Assembly: GCA_964579885.1 (NCBI GenBank)
Contig: CAZOHD010000002.1
Span: 243,672 to 307,671 of the forward strand
Direction of reading: 5' to 3'
From: an uncultured Sediminibacterium sp.
GTDB lineage: Bacteria; Bacteroidota; Bacteroidia; Chitinophagales; Chitinophagaceae
Length of the DNA: 64,000 bases
Shown here piece after piece: positions 16,439-26,727 of this stretch. Every line of letters starts with the position of its first letter. The first letter of the stretch is position 1. A program made the translations under genes and the position numbers. The notes under the pieces are model-generated. The model was not told where the DNA came from. It saw only the letters and a list, made by a program, of their open reading frames with translations, and made no database searches.

Positions 16439-18868
16439 TTGACTAGTAATATAAAACTCAAGACATTGGATAAGCAATTTTTATTTAAAACAGAAGAAGA
16501 AAACGAGTTCATTCCTTTATTCACTTTTAATGAGCAGGATATGGAAAATGAACCAGCGATTGTGATAGAGGAAATGATACCGATACTACCCTTAAGGAAT
16601 ACAGTTCTATTTCCTGGTGTAGTCATACCAATTACTGTAGGAAGAGATAAAAGCATTCAAGCAGTTAAAGCGGCTTATGCTAAGGACAAATTGGTAGGTG
16701 TGTTGGCACAGAAAGATGGAAATATTGAAGACCCGACTCCTGCAGACTTATGTAAAATTGGAACTGTAGCTAAGATCATTAAAATGATCAAGATGCAAGA
16801 TGGCGGGACCACAATTATCATACAAGGTAAGAGGAGATTTGAATTAGTAGAAATAGTTGAAGAAGATCCATTTTTCAAAGGGAAAGTAAATATAATTGAG
16901 GACACCCCTGTAAATAAAGAAGATAAGCATTTTGAAGCATTATTGTCTACCATTAAAGACTTGGCAGCACAGATTATAAACTTGTCTCCAAATTTTCCAT
17001 CTGAGGCTACAATGATTTTAAAGAATATAGAAAGTCCTATGTTCTTGATCAATTTTGTTGGTAGTAACCTGAATATTGATTTGCAGGAAAAACAAGGTTT
17101 GTTAGAAATTAATGGAGTAGTCGAAAAGGCGGAACAACTAGTTGCCTTTTTGCAAAAAGAATTGCAATTTGTTGAACTTAAAAATAAAGTAGCTAATAAG
17201 ACAAGAACAGAAATAGATAAGCAACAAAGAGATTATTTCTTACAGCAACAACTTAAGAGTATCAAAGATGAATTAGGAGGTGATCCTAATGAACGTGAAG
17301 TGGCTGAAATGAAAAAGAAGGCAGAAAATAAAAAATGGCCTGAAGCTGCAAAAAAATTATTTCAAAATGGGTTAGAGAAATTAGAGCGTATGCATCCGAG
17401 TACGCCTGATTATTCAGTTGTCTATAATCACCTTGATTTATTATTAGACCTTCCTTGGGATGAATATACAGATGATAATTATGATTTGAAAAACGCAAAA
17501 AAAGTGTTAGATGAAGATCATTATGGCATGGGTAAAATAAAGAACAGAATTTTAGAATACTTAGCGGTGTTGAAATTAAAAGGGGACATGAAGAGTCCGA
17601 TTCTTTGTTTCTTGGGCCCTCCAGGAATTGGTAAAACATCTTTAGGTAGATCAATTGCACATGCAATAGGAAGAAAATATACACGTGTCAGTTTAGGTGG
17701 ATTGCATGATGAAAGTGAAATTAGAGGTCACCGTAAAACTTATATAGGTGCTATGCCTGGAAGGATTATTCAAAGCATCCGAAAGGTAAAGACCTCGAAT
17801 CCTGTGATGATTTTAGATGAGATTGATAAAATTGGTAAAGATCAAAGAGGTGATCCTTCTTCTGCATTATTAGAAGTGTTAGATCCAGAACAAAATCATA
17901 GTTTTTATGATAACTACTTAGAATCAGAATATGATTTAAGTAAAACACTTTTCATTGCAACGGCGAACGATATTAGTCAAATTCAACCTGCATTAAGAGA
18001 TCGTTTAGAAATCATTGACTTAAGTGGTTATGCTGTAGAAGAGAAAGTTGAGATTGCAAAAAGACATTTATTGCCTAAACAAAAATCACTTCATGGGTTA
18101 GATAAATACAATTTCAAAATACAAGACAATGTATTGGAAAAAGTAATTGAAGATTATACTAGAGAGAGTGGTGTGCGTGAACTAGATCGTCAATTGGCAT
18201 CCATCATGCGCTATCAAGCAAAGCAGATTGCCTATAAACAAAAAATTAAACCAACAGTAAGTAAGTTAGACCTAATTAAAATCTTAGGTCAGCCAAGGTA
18301 TAGTAACGAGATTTATAAAACAGTCAATATGCCGGGGGTTGCAGTTGGTTTAGCATGGACCTATGTTGGCGGAGATATTTTATTTATTGAAACCTTGCTT
18401 TCAGAAGGGAAAGGGGAATTAAAGTTGACAGGTAATTTAGGGAATGTAATGAAAGAAAGCGCAAGTACTGCAATGACTTATTTGCAAGCCAACGCTAAAA
18501 AAATCGGTGTTGATCCAGAGTTGTTTAATACAAAGTCGGTCCATATGCATGTGCCAGAAGGTGCTGTTCCTAAGGATGGTCCAAGTGCAGGAATTACAAT
18601 CTTGACTGCATTAAGCTCTGCTTATACAGGACGAAAAGTGAAACCATTCTTAGCAATGACAGGGGAGATTACATTAAGAGGCCAGGTGTTGCCGGTTGGG
18701 GGTATTAAAGAAAAAATATTGGCTGCTAAAAGAGCAGGTATGAAAGAAATTATTCTTTGTTGGCAGAATGAAAAAGATGTAAATGAAATAGACCAAGCCT
18801 TCATCAAAGGTGTCAAGTTCTATTATGTAAAAAATATGCAGCAAGTCCTAGATTTAGCGCTTGTTTAA
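16439..18868 (+). CDS. lon: ATP-dependent protease Lon
   Basis: LPLRNTVLFP, Walker A GPPGIGKTS, Walker B ILDEIDK, catalytic PKDGPSAG and VGGIKEK; start uncertain (TTG 16439 or TTG 16466). Confidence 0.97.
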   Translation: MTSNIKLKTLDKQFLFKTEEENEFIPLFTFNEQDMENEPAIVIEEMIPILPLRNTVLFPGVVIPITVGRDKSIQAVKAAYAKDKLVGVLAQKDGNIEDPTPADLCKIGTVAKIIKMIKMQDGGTTIIIQGKRRFELVEIVEEDPFFKGKVNIIEDTPVNKEDKHFEALLSTIKDLAAQIINLSPNFPSEATMILKNIESPMFLINFVGSNLNIDLQEKQGLLEINGVVEKAEQLVAFLQKELQFVELKNKVANKTRTEIDKQQRDYFLQQQLKSIKDELGGDPNEREVAEMKKKAENKKWPEAAKKLFQNGLEKLERMHPSTPDYSVVYNHLDLLLDLPWDEYTDDNYDLKNAKKVLDEDHYGMGKIKNRILEYLAVLKLKGDMKSPILCFLGPPGIGKTSLGRSIAHAIGRKYTRVSLGGLHDESEIRGHRKTYIGAMPGRIIQSIRKVKTSNPVMILDEIDKIGKDQRGDPSSALLEVLDPEQNHSFYDNYLESEYDLSKTLFIATANDISQIQPALRDRLEIIDLSGYAVEEKVEIAKRHLLPKQKSLHGLDKYNFKIQDNVLEKVIEDYTRESGVRELDRQLASIMRYQAKQIAYKQKIKPTVSKLDLIKILGQPRYSNEIYKTVNMPGVAVGLAWTYVGGDILFIETLLSEGKGELKLTGNLGNVMKESASTAMTYLQANAKKIGVDPELFNTKSVHMHVPEGAVPKDGPSAGITILTALSSAYTGRKVKPFLAMTGEITLRGQVLPVGGIKEKILAAKRAGMKEIILCWQNEKDVNEIDQAFIKGVKFYYVKNMQQVLDLALV

Positions 18869-18890
18869 TTGATTTTTAAATTCCAAACCC

Positions 18891-18898
18891 TAGCTTTG
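18891..18898 (+). promoter_or_regulatory. -7 box 4 nt before the porQ ATG (possible leaderless transcript)
   Basis: TAGCTTTG-TTGC-ATG. Confidence 0.5.
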
Positions 18899-18902
18899 TT
18901 GC

Positions 18903-19955
18903 ATGTGTTCGAAAAGACTCATCATTAGGCTAGGGTTTTTTATTGCATGCTATTTTAGTAGCGTCTGCTTTTTTGTTGGAAAAATAAGCTTTAATCAATT
19001 GTATGCCCAGACAACAGTTGGCAATGCAGTATATCAATTTTTAAAATTGCCGGCTTCAGCAAAAGCGACAAGTCTAGGAGGGTTAAATATTAGTTCTATT
19101 GGAGATGATCTTGGACTCGCTATGACCCAACCTGCCTTACTTTCTAGCAATATGGATGGTGCCATGCAAGTGAGCGTGAAGCCTTATTTTGCAGACATTC
19201 AGCAATATGATTTAAATGGTGCAAATAAATTGAAATCAAATTGGATATTAGGTTGGGGTGTACATTTTATGGATTACGGTGCAATAGAACAAACAGATAT
19301 ATTAGGTAACTCCTTTGGCATGACTAATCCAAGTGAGTATGCGTTGCAATTGGGGATTGCAAAAACCTATCAAGAATATTTTCACTTTGGGACACAGGTT
19401 AAATTTATACAATCCAATTTCGGAGCTTATAGGTCTAGTGGATTGGCAATGGATGTGGGTATAAGGTATTTGGCTCCAAGTGGTTTATCTCAGTGGAGTA
19501 TTTTATTGCAGCATGTGGGCACGCAAATAAAGTATTTTCAAGTTAAAGAAGAATTACCATTGAATTTAGTTTTAGGATGGTCCAAAAGATTAGAAAATGC
19601 ACCTATACAATTTTCAATAACAGCAGAAAGACTTTCTGTTTGGTCCGATAACTATTATGATATGGATTTTTATAATCAAGAAGGGTATAGTCAGCCGGGC
19701 TCATTACAAAATGTATTTAATCATTTGATAGTAGGCACCCAATTTTATGTTGGTCAAAATTTTGAATTAGATTTAGGTTATCATTTTTCTAGAAGATTTG
19801 AGTTAAATGTCCCCAATCAACCTAATGGTTTAAATGGTTTAAGTGCCGGTTTTGGCTTTCCTTACAAAAGATTGCAATTCCATTATGGTACCGGTTTCTT
19901 TCAAAGAAATACATCCCATCATTTTTCAATACAATATGCATTAAAACAAAAATAG
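18903..19955 (+). CDS. porQ: Type IX secretion system outer-membrane beta-barrel PorQ-like protein
   Basis: Signal peptide then 'G.AVYQFLKLP.SAKATSLGG...N/QPALL' PorV/PorQ-type N-terminus; amphipathic strands; FNHLIVG.E/QF motif. Confidence 0.7.
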   Translation: MCSKRLIIRLGFFIACYFSSVCFFVGKISFNQLYAQTTVGNAVYQFLKLPASAKATSLGGLNISSIGDDLGLAMTQPALLSSNMDGAMQVSVKPYFADIQQYDLNGANKLKSNWILGWGVHFMDYGAIEQTDILGNSFGMTNPSEYALQLGIAKTYQEYFHFGTQVKFIQSNFGAYRSSGLAMDVGIRYLAPSGLSQWSILLQHVGTQIKYFQVKEELPLNLVLGWSKRLENAPIQFSITAERLSVWSDNYYDMDFYNQEGYSQPGSLQNVFNHLIVGTQFYVGQNFELDLGYHFSRRFELNVPNQPNGLNGLSAGFGFPYKRLQFHYGTGFFQRNTSHHFSIQYALKQK

Positions 19956-20036
19956 TAGGCTGATTATCTCAACCTACTATTTTATATTGTAATCTATTAA
20001 TCAACTAGTCCAATTTTATTTACCTGATTTAGGTAA

Positions 20037-22487
20037 TTATTGCTTTTTCTTTGGCATCAATGCCTTGGGTTTATTTGCAGGAGTAGATGCTTGTTTTGGT
20101 TCTGCATTTGGTTTTTTGGGAACAGATGGTTTATTTGCTGGAGGCATCACAGTTATAGGTGATGCTTCAGCAGGCTCGTCATTTGAAATTAAACTATAAT
20201 CAGATTCTGCTTCAATGTCTTCTGTACCCTGATCTGGAATACTTAAGTCGATACTTGAATCCTTTCCAACAAAATTAACATTAAAGTCGGCACTTAAATT
20301 ATCAGGTTTTAAGAAGCTTGCGTTTCTATCTAAATTACATGCTGGATCATTTGCTACTTTATTCATAAAGTAGGCCCAAATTGGCAATGAGCCATGTGCA
20401 CCTTGTCCAAAATAGTTGTCGGTAAATCTTATATAACGATCATCTGCACCTACCCATGCACCAGCCAAAATTTGGGGGGTGTAACCCATAAACCATAAGT
20501 CACTATTGTCATTGGTTGTCCCTGTTTTACCTGCTACAGATTGTGCACCAATATCATATGAATACATGCTTCTTCCTGTTCCTTTAGTCATAACCCCTTC
20601 CATCATACTTACCATTGAATAGGCAGTTAATTCGCTGATAACTTTTCTTCTTTGTGGAGAGAAGCTTTCTAATACATTGCCATTTTTATCTTCAATACGA
20701 TTGATAAAGAATGGTTGTGCATTGTATCCGCCACCAGGGAACATGGTATAAGCTTGTACCATTTCAAATAAAGAAACTTCACAAGCACCCAAAGCAATAG
20801 AAGGATAGGCAGGTATATCTGCTTGTATATTGGTCTTCTTCAAATAAGCAACTAATTCCTTTGCCGCTTCATTTCCGTCTCCATTTATCTGCTTCATGAT
20901 ATAAGCGGTAGCACAGTTTCTTGATTCGGCTAAAGCTTGAGCCATTGGCATAGATTGTCCAGTACAAGATTTAGGTGTGTTAGGAACCATACCATAACCC
21001 TCAAAATTTTGTTGCAGGTCCTGAACAATACTAAAGGGTGTAAAGCCAGATTTCTCAATCGCTAAAGAGTAAAGTAGGGGTTTCATTGTTGAACCAACTT
21101 GTCTTCTTGTATTGATATTAACGTGATCGTACTTGAATGTTTTAAAATCAACTCCTCCAACCCATGCTTTCACTTCTCCTGTGAATGGGTCTACCGCTAG
21201 GAAACCAGTTTGTAGCATTTGTTTATGGTACTTCAAGGAATCCAATGGAGACATGATTGTGTCAATAAACCTGTTTTTATTCCAAGCAAAAACGCGCATT
21301 GGTAAAGATTCGTCAAATGATTTCCTAATATCAGTTTCTTCAACATCTTCACGCTTCATATTTCTCCAACGATCAGTTTGCTTAATTGCTAGCTCCAATT
21401 GATTGTTAAAGTCTTTCCAAACAGATCCAGTTTTTATATTCGCTTGTTTATTAAACTCTTTTTGTAAATAAGCCATATGTCTCGCCACTGCTTCCTCTGC
21501 ATACAATTGCATTCGAGGATTAATGGTAGTATAAATTTTTAACCCATCCTTATATAAATTGTAGGCATCTCCATTATTCTTTTTATGTTCCTTACACCAT
21601 TTCTTCATGTATTCACCTAAATAACTTCTGAAATAGGGGCCTAGGCCATTGTTTTCGTCTAACTTTTTAAAGTTAGTAACCAACGGTAAAGCCTTTAACT
21701 GTTCCGCCTGATCGTTTGTAATGTATTTTTGACCTGCCATTCTATTAAGAACTAGGTTTCTTCTTTCCAATGCTAATTTTGGATTCCTGTTCGGGTTGTA
21801 TTTTGTAGGGGCATTAATCATTCCAATTAATAATGCAGCTTCTTCAATTGTTAAACGATCTGGTTCTTTTTGGAAAAAGGACCTTGAAGCATTACTTACC
21901 CCAAATAAATTCTCGCTAAAGGGAACTGTATTTAAATACAAAGTGATAATCTCTTGCTTGGTAAAATTGCGTTCAAGTTTAATTGCAATGATACTCTCCT
22001 TAATTTTTTGAATAATTCTTAAGAGTTTATTTTTTGTCCCCCAGTTGTCTGTAAATAAATTCTTTGCAGTCTGCATAGTGATGGTAGATGCACCACCTTG
22101 ACTACCTAAAAATGCAACCGCTCTTAACAAGCCTTCACCATCAATACCATAGTGGTCATAAAATCTTTTATCTTCTGTTGCCACTAATGCTTGTAAAAGG
22201 TAAGGGCTAATATCTCGATACTTTACACTAATTCTATCTTCTAAATAAAATTTACCCATTGGCGTCCCATCTTGAGCATATACTTGACTAGCTAAAGACG
22301 CAGTAGGGTTTTCAATATCATCTAGGTCGGGCATGTCACCAATCCAACCAAAGTTGAGCATAAGGATAAACAATAGGAAGACACCTGCAGATAGAAGGTA
22401 GTACTTCCAAAATAATCTAACCCAATTTCTTGGACCTTTTTTAGTTTCCTTGGGGATATTGTTTTTTTCTAAATTCACGTTATGCAC
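20037..22487 (-). CDS. Class A penicillin-binding protein (PBP1A)
   Basis: Transglycosylase ATEDKRFY, GASTITMQ, IKE..IAIKLE; transpeptidase GSTMKP (SxxK), SRN (SxN), KTGT; Pro/Lys-rich tail; GTG start. Confidence 0.93.
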   Translation of the reverse strand: MHNVNLEKNNIPKETKKGPRNWVRLFWKYYLLSAGVFLLFILMLNFGWIGDMPDLDDIENPTASLASQVYAQDGTPMGKFYLEDRISVKYRDISPYLLQALVATEDKRFYDHYGIDGEGLLRAVAFLGSQGGASTITMQTAKNLFTDNWGTKNKLLRIIQKIKESIIAIKLERNFTKQEIITLYLNTVPFSENLFGVSNASRSFFQKEPDRLTIEEAALLIGMINAPTKYNPNRNPKLALERRNLVLNRMAGQKYITNDQAEQLKALPLVTNFKKLDENNGLGPYFRSYLGEYMKKWCKEHKKNNGDAYNLYKDGLKIYTTINPRMQLYAEEAVARHMAYLQKEFNKQANIKTGSVWKDFNNQLELAIKQTDRWRNMKREDVEETDIRKSFDESLPMRVFAWNKNRFIDTIMSPLDSLKYHKQMLQTGFLAVDPFTGEVKAWVGGVDFKTFKYDHVNINTRRQVGSTMKPLLYSLAIEKSGFTPFSIVQDLQQNFEGYGMVPNTPKSCTGQSMPMAQALAESRNCATAYIMKQINGDGNEAAKELVAYLKKTNIQADIPAYPSIALGACEVSLFEMVQAYTMFPGGGYNAQPFFINRIEDKNGNVLESFSPQRRKVISELTAYSMVSMMEGVMTKGTGRSMYSYDIGAQSVAGKTGTTNDNSDLWFMGYTPQILAGAWVGADDRYIRFTDNYFGQGAHGSLPIWAYFMNKVANDPACNLDRNASFLKPDNLSADFNVNFVGKDSSIDLSIPDQGTEDIEAESDYSLISNDEPAEASPITVMPPANKPSVPKKPNAEPKQASTPANKPKALMPKKKQ

Positions 22488-22489
22488 CT

Positions 22490-25400
22490 TTATGGTTTAA
22501 AATAATATTTTGATTTGTCTCGTTTATATTGATCTAGATGAACTTGATTACTGATTTGAACAATATTAGACTTACCAATCAAAGTTAAGTCATATTGCTT
22601 TTTAGAAATAAATGAAATTATTTCAGTATTTAGCCTTGGTTTTACTTTCTGTAAATATTGTAACCCTTCATTTGAATTCGTGAATGGCCCAATCCATACT
22701 ATATAGGATTGTTCACTAAACTGTACATAAGTCACTGCTAAATTTTGTTTTCTAAACTCTTCGGCATGCACATCTTTCAATGCATTTTGTACTTCTTTTA
22801 CAAATACAGGGGACACATTAAAGGTTTGTAATGCAATGTAATGTTGCTCTAGGCTATCGTTTGTAAACTCAATTTGTGGTTCATTGCCTTGTATTAAGCT
22901 AGAATTCTGTCCCATACTCAATCCTTGTTCTTTTTTACTTTCTTTATTTTCTAATGGGGTATTCTTGACTTGTAAATTGGTGTTGATATTAGTGGTTGAA
23001 TTTTCTTCAGAAATGATATTTTTCTGTGGTTTTATAATTTTTAATGCTTTAAGATAAGCTTCAATTTCTTTTCTATGATTAATTTCGTTTATGATAGCCC
23101 TTGCTCTAGACTTAATAATTTCACTTTTGTTTTGAGCAACAATATCATTGAGCAATACTATTGCATTGCTATCGAGCCCATTTTGTGCATACATTTTTAC
23201 CTGTAAAAAATTGTATGGAGTTTGCCATTTTGTGCCTTTGAATTGCTTTTGCGAGTCCTCTCTTTTTGTATTAAACTTTTCCCAATCTCCAATTTGAGCT
23301 AAGAAATAATTTTCTTTGTAGGCTTCTGTGGTGTTTTTGTCTATGAGGTCAAGATTTTCTTTTGCTTTCTTTCTTTTTACATATTCCCCATTTGGAAATT
23401 GTGAACTGATGATTTGAATTAAACTATTAGAGGTTGGTATTTGTCCAATATGCAAATAATGACTCGCAAGATCTAGAAGTGCGCTTTCTGTTGCAGCAGG
23501 TTCGATGTTTTTTTGAATTAATGCTTTGTATCTAGGAAGTGCTTTTTCAAAATCATTGAGTTCGTATAAGAATGTTTTAGCAATTGCTAATGTTTGCTTG
23601 TTCCAAAGTTCTTTTGACTCTTTTAATGCTGTTTCGGATTGAATTAATTGAATCTTTAAGAGATTTTCTGTTTCTTTATTTGCTGTATTTCCCTTTTGTA
23701 TACTATCTGATTGCGTTGCAATGATTGTTTGATTCTCACTAGCAACACTTGTGTTTAATGTGTTGTTTTTATTTAACTGAATACTTGTTTTTCTTCGCCA
23801 ATTGTCTACATTGGGTCTATTTCCCCATTTATTGATAAAGTTAGCTGAACCCATACTGACAGTTTGCGGGTTGTCAAAGTAGAAGTCAGATTTTATATTT
23901 TGTTTTGAAGATGTATTATTTCCAAAGGCATTATTAAAACTGTATCCGTTTTTATTTTTATCGACAGCTACAACTTTTTCGCTTTCTGTTGTCTTCTTAT
24001 TTGGGTCGGATAATAAATATTTATGTTTCGCCTCAATTTCTTCAGTTCTTTTTTGCCAGTTCAATGCAATCTGATTTTGGGATTTCTTTGGTGAGAAATA
24101 GATCATTTGTAAACTATCTTCCTTCGCAATTATTGCATCATAGTTGGAAATTTGATCAATCCATTTTTTTCTCAAAGTAATTTGTTCGTAATTGGGATAA
24201 CTTTTTAGTAAGTTATTAATTTGATCATAGGCTATTTTAGCCACGGCAAAATCATTCTCTCTATAATTTATGTCGCCTAGTTGAACTAAAGCTTTTTGTT
24301 TTAGTTTGTTATTTCGATCATTTTTCTGAATAGAGGCTATTAGCCATTTATTCGCTTTTGAGCTTGCTTGATTTCTTAAAGCGAGTTGTGCCATTTCGAA
24401 ATAAACAATATCAGCAAATGGTAAATACTTATCCTTCTTAAGCATGCGTTCTAAGGAGTAGGCTAATGTTTCCCAGGATTTCTCTCCTCGATTCGCTTCT
24501 ATACTCGCCATATAAATACTTGCATAGATAGCAATAATTGGATTCGAGGATGTCGTAGAAGCTTTTTTATACCATTGGTAAGCTTTATCAATTTGTTGTT
24601 CTCTTTCAAACATTTGAGCAATTAAATAGGTCCATCTTGCTTTAGTTGCCATATCTGGCGCATTGTCAAGTCCTTTGATTAAATAATTTGCTGCGCTATC
24701 ATAAATTCCTGACTGATAGTATCCATAAGCTAATTGTTCATACAAAAAGGGTTGAAGTCTTTTTGGGAATCCTGCATCTGTTTTGAGTAATTGCAATAAA
24801 CTAAATCCTTCATTAAATTCTCCAGCTTCAAAATAGTTTCTTGCTTGCCAAATCATGCTTTCATTTCGAATATTCTTATTCTCCCAGACACGTTCATTTT
24901 CTAAAGATGCGATACTGAATTTTCCAGTCTTATTTAAATTACTTCCAATGGGCAGATCTGCTCCAGCTTCTTTATCATAAAAGGAGTAGTTTATGAATTG
25001 TAATATACTTGCAGCAGTGTCAAAATTTTTATGAAAAATATAAGCTTTTGCTAAAGTTAAATAGGCGTCGTCAACATAATTACTTCTTAGATCATGTAAA
25101 ACAATATTTGCATTACATCTGTAAATAATCGAATCAATAGATTCTTTAGATGTATTACTTAAGTCATAGTCATAAAATGGGAGTATATCTGTAAAGTCAT
25201 CTTCATGTATATCTCTTGCCTTTTGAATGATTTCATTTAATGATTCATCTGCATTAAATAAATAGTTAAACTGAGAAACTGTATTTTGATATGCACGACG
25301 TCCTAGGGTATATTTTTTATTCAATAATCTTTCATAGGGAAGTACTTTGTCAATTTCATTGATTCCTGTTTTATCAATTAAATCATTTGTTTTTTTATTC

Positions 25401-25627
25401 AATCCATCTTTAGCTGATTGAATTTTTTTATTAAGAAAGTTGTTAATTTTTTTTTGATTACTATCTAAAAATTGATTGGCTTTCTTTATAATTTTCGAGT
25501 TATTGATATCTAATATGGATCTTGAAGTATCTTGTGCATAAAGTGGACTACTCCAAAGGGAGAAGATACCTATTGCCAAAAGGCAAATTAGGCGCTTTAA
25601 TTGTGGAAAATACAATACTTGTGACAT
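22490..25627 (-). CDS. sprE: Large TPR protein, SprE/PorW-like (T9SS/gliding accessory)
   Basis: 'YQNTVSQFNYLFNA', 'SNYVDDAYLTLAKAY', 'FYFDN...G...F...WGNRPNVDNWRR' match the SprE/PorW pattern as recalled; TPR-like helices. Confidence 0.65.
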   Translation of the reverse strand: MSQVLYFPQLKRLICLLAIGIFSLWSSPLYAQDTSRSILDINNSKIIKKANQFLDSNQKKINNFLNKKIQSAKDGLNKKTNDLIDKTGINEIDKVLPYERLLNKKYTLGRRAYQNTVSQFNYLFNADESLNEIIQKARDIHEDDFTDILPFYDYDLSNTSKESIDSIIYRCNANIVLHDLRSNYVDDAYLTLAKAYIFHKNFDTAASILQFINYSFYDKEAGADLPIGSNLNKTGKFSIASLENERVWENKNIRNESMIWQARNYFEAGEFNEGFSLLQLLKTDAGFPKRLQPFLYEQLAYGYYQSGIYDSAANYLIKGLDNAPDMATKARWTYLIAQMFEREQQIDKAYQWYKKASTTSSNPIIAIYASIYMASIEANRGEKSWETLAYSLERMLKKDKYLPFADIVYFEMAQLALRNQASSKANKWLIASIQKNDRNNKLKQKALVQLGDINYRENDFAVAKIAYDQINNLLKSYPNYEQITLRKKWIDQISNYDAIIAKEDSLQMIYFSPKKSQNQIALNWQKRTEEIEAKHKYLLSDPNKKTTESEKVVAVDKNKNGYSFNNAFGNNTSSKQNIKSDFYFDNPQTVSMGSANFINKWGNRPNVDNWRRKTSIQLNKNNTLNTSVASENQTIIATQSDSIQKGNTANKETENLLKIQLIQSETALKESKELWNKQTLAIAKTFLYELNDFEKALPRYKALIQKNIEPAATESALLDLASHYLHIGQIPTSNSLIQIISSQFPNGEYVKRKKAKENLDLIDKNTTEAYKENYFLAQIGDWEKFNTKREDSQKQFKGTKWQTPYNFLQVKMYAQNGLDSNAIVLLNDIVAQNKSEIIKSRARAIINEINHRKEIEAYLKALKIIKPQKNIISEENSTTNINTNLQVKNTPLENKESKKEQGLSMGQNSSLIQGNEPQIEFTNDSLEQHYIALQTFNVSPVFVKEVQNALKDVHAEEFRKQNLAVTYVQFSEQSYIVWIGPFTNSNEGLQYLQKVKPRLNTEIISFISKKQYDLTLIGKSNIVQISNQVHLDQYKRDKSKYYFKP

Positions 25628-25706
25628 AGGGTTAAAAACGCCTTAAAAATACGTCATATTATCTTTAAATAAAGCAAAGTTTGTACCTTTATACAGATTC
25701 AAGATT

Positions 25707-26102
25707 ATGGCAAACTTAGATATTAACAATACTTTTAAACGAAGAAGTAATTCCTATCGATTGGTTGTTACCAATGATGACACTTATGACGAAGTCATTG
25801 CTTTTAAATTGTCAAGAAAATCAGTCTATATTGGTATAAGTATAGCTTTTATGTTTTTAGTGGGTTTGACCATAGCTTTAATTGCCTTTACTCCTTTGAA
25901 ATATTATATTCCGGGATATGGAACGAAGGAAAGTAGGTCTGCTTTAGAGTTACTTAAGATTCGAACAGATTCTTTAGAACAGGCAGTACACTTTAAAGAG
26001 CAATATATAGAAGGAATCAAAAAGGTATTGTCGGAAGGTAATCCTCAGCAATTGGATACGATCCCATTAGCACTTCCAGAGAGCCTACCATCACTTGATT
26101 AA
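25707..26102 (+). CDS. Membrane protein like the N-terminus of Bacteroidota M23 peptidases, no catalytic domain
   Basis: YRLVVTNDDTYDEV..FKLSR...LIAFTPLKYYIPGYG, then coiled 'DSLEQ'; no HxxxD/HxH. Confidence 0.65.
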   Translation: MANLDINNTFKRRSNSYRLVVTNDDTYDEVIAFKLSRKSVYIGISIAFMFLVGLTIALIAFTPLKYYIPGYGTKESRSALELLKIRTDSLEQAVHFKEQYIEGIKKVLSEGNPQQLDTIPLALPESLPSLD

Positions 26103-26334
26103 TCCTATCATTTTGAAAGATAAAATAAGTTCTAATATCCAATGGGCGAAATTTGCAGGACTTGCTAGTCAATGGGCTGTTGCTTTAACGCTATTGATAT
26201 TTCTAGGTAAGTTTATCGATCAAAAAATGAATTATTTCGACCCTGTTTTTTTATGGATTTTACCTTCTTTATTTATTGTATTTTCATTATTCAAGATTGT
26301 TCGTGATACTCAAATTAAATCTAAAAACAAATGA
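26095..26334 (+). CDS. AtpZ/AtpI family small membrane protein
   Basis: 79 aa, two TMs, 'AKFAGLA.QW...L...LG..ID' pattern. Confidence 0.7.
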   Translation: MINPIILKDKISSNIQWAKFAGLASQWAVALTLLIFLGKFIDQKMNYFDPVFLWILPSLFIVFSLFKIVRDTQIKSKNK

Positions 26335-26717
26335 TACTCTATTTTCAAAAAGAATTTCGTCCTGTATTGGCTATGTTCTTTGCAGTATTAGTATTGGTTT
26401 TATTACAACAAAATATGGGCTTGAATTTGCCAATTAATAGCATGTTTATTATTGTCGTTAATTGCATGTTATTCATCATGGCTTTATTTAATTTTAAAAG
26501 AATTAGTGAAGTTGATTTAAAGAATCCAAATGCCATGGTTCGTTCGGTAATGATGGGCACTATGCTAAAGTTTATTGTTTTTGGTGGGGCTGCTCTTTGG
26601 TATGCGTCTCAAAAAAAAGCGCCTATTGGTACAAACAATCTTTTTATTGCAATGGTTTTATATTTAATCTACACTTGGATTGAAATTGGTTGGACGAAAA
26701 GAAAAAAAGAAGCTTAA
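26331..26717 (+). CDS. Four-TM protein, AtpI-like (ATP synthase protein I type)
   Basis: 128 aa, 4 hydrophobic segments, 'NPNAMVRSVM.GTMLKF'; ATGA overlap with the preceding gene. Confidence 0.55.
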   Translation: MILYFQKEFRPVLAMFFAVLVLVLLQQNMGLNLPINSMFIIVVNCMLFIMALFNFKRISEVDLKNPNAMVRSVMMGTMLKFIVFGGAALWYASQKKAPIGTNNLFIAMVLYLIYTWIEIGWTKRKKEA

Positions 26718-26727
26718 ATACAACAAA

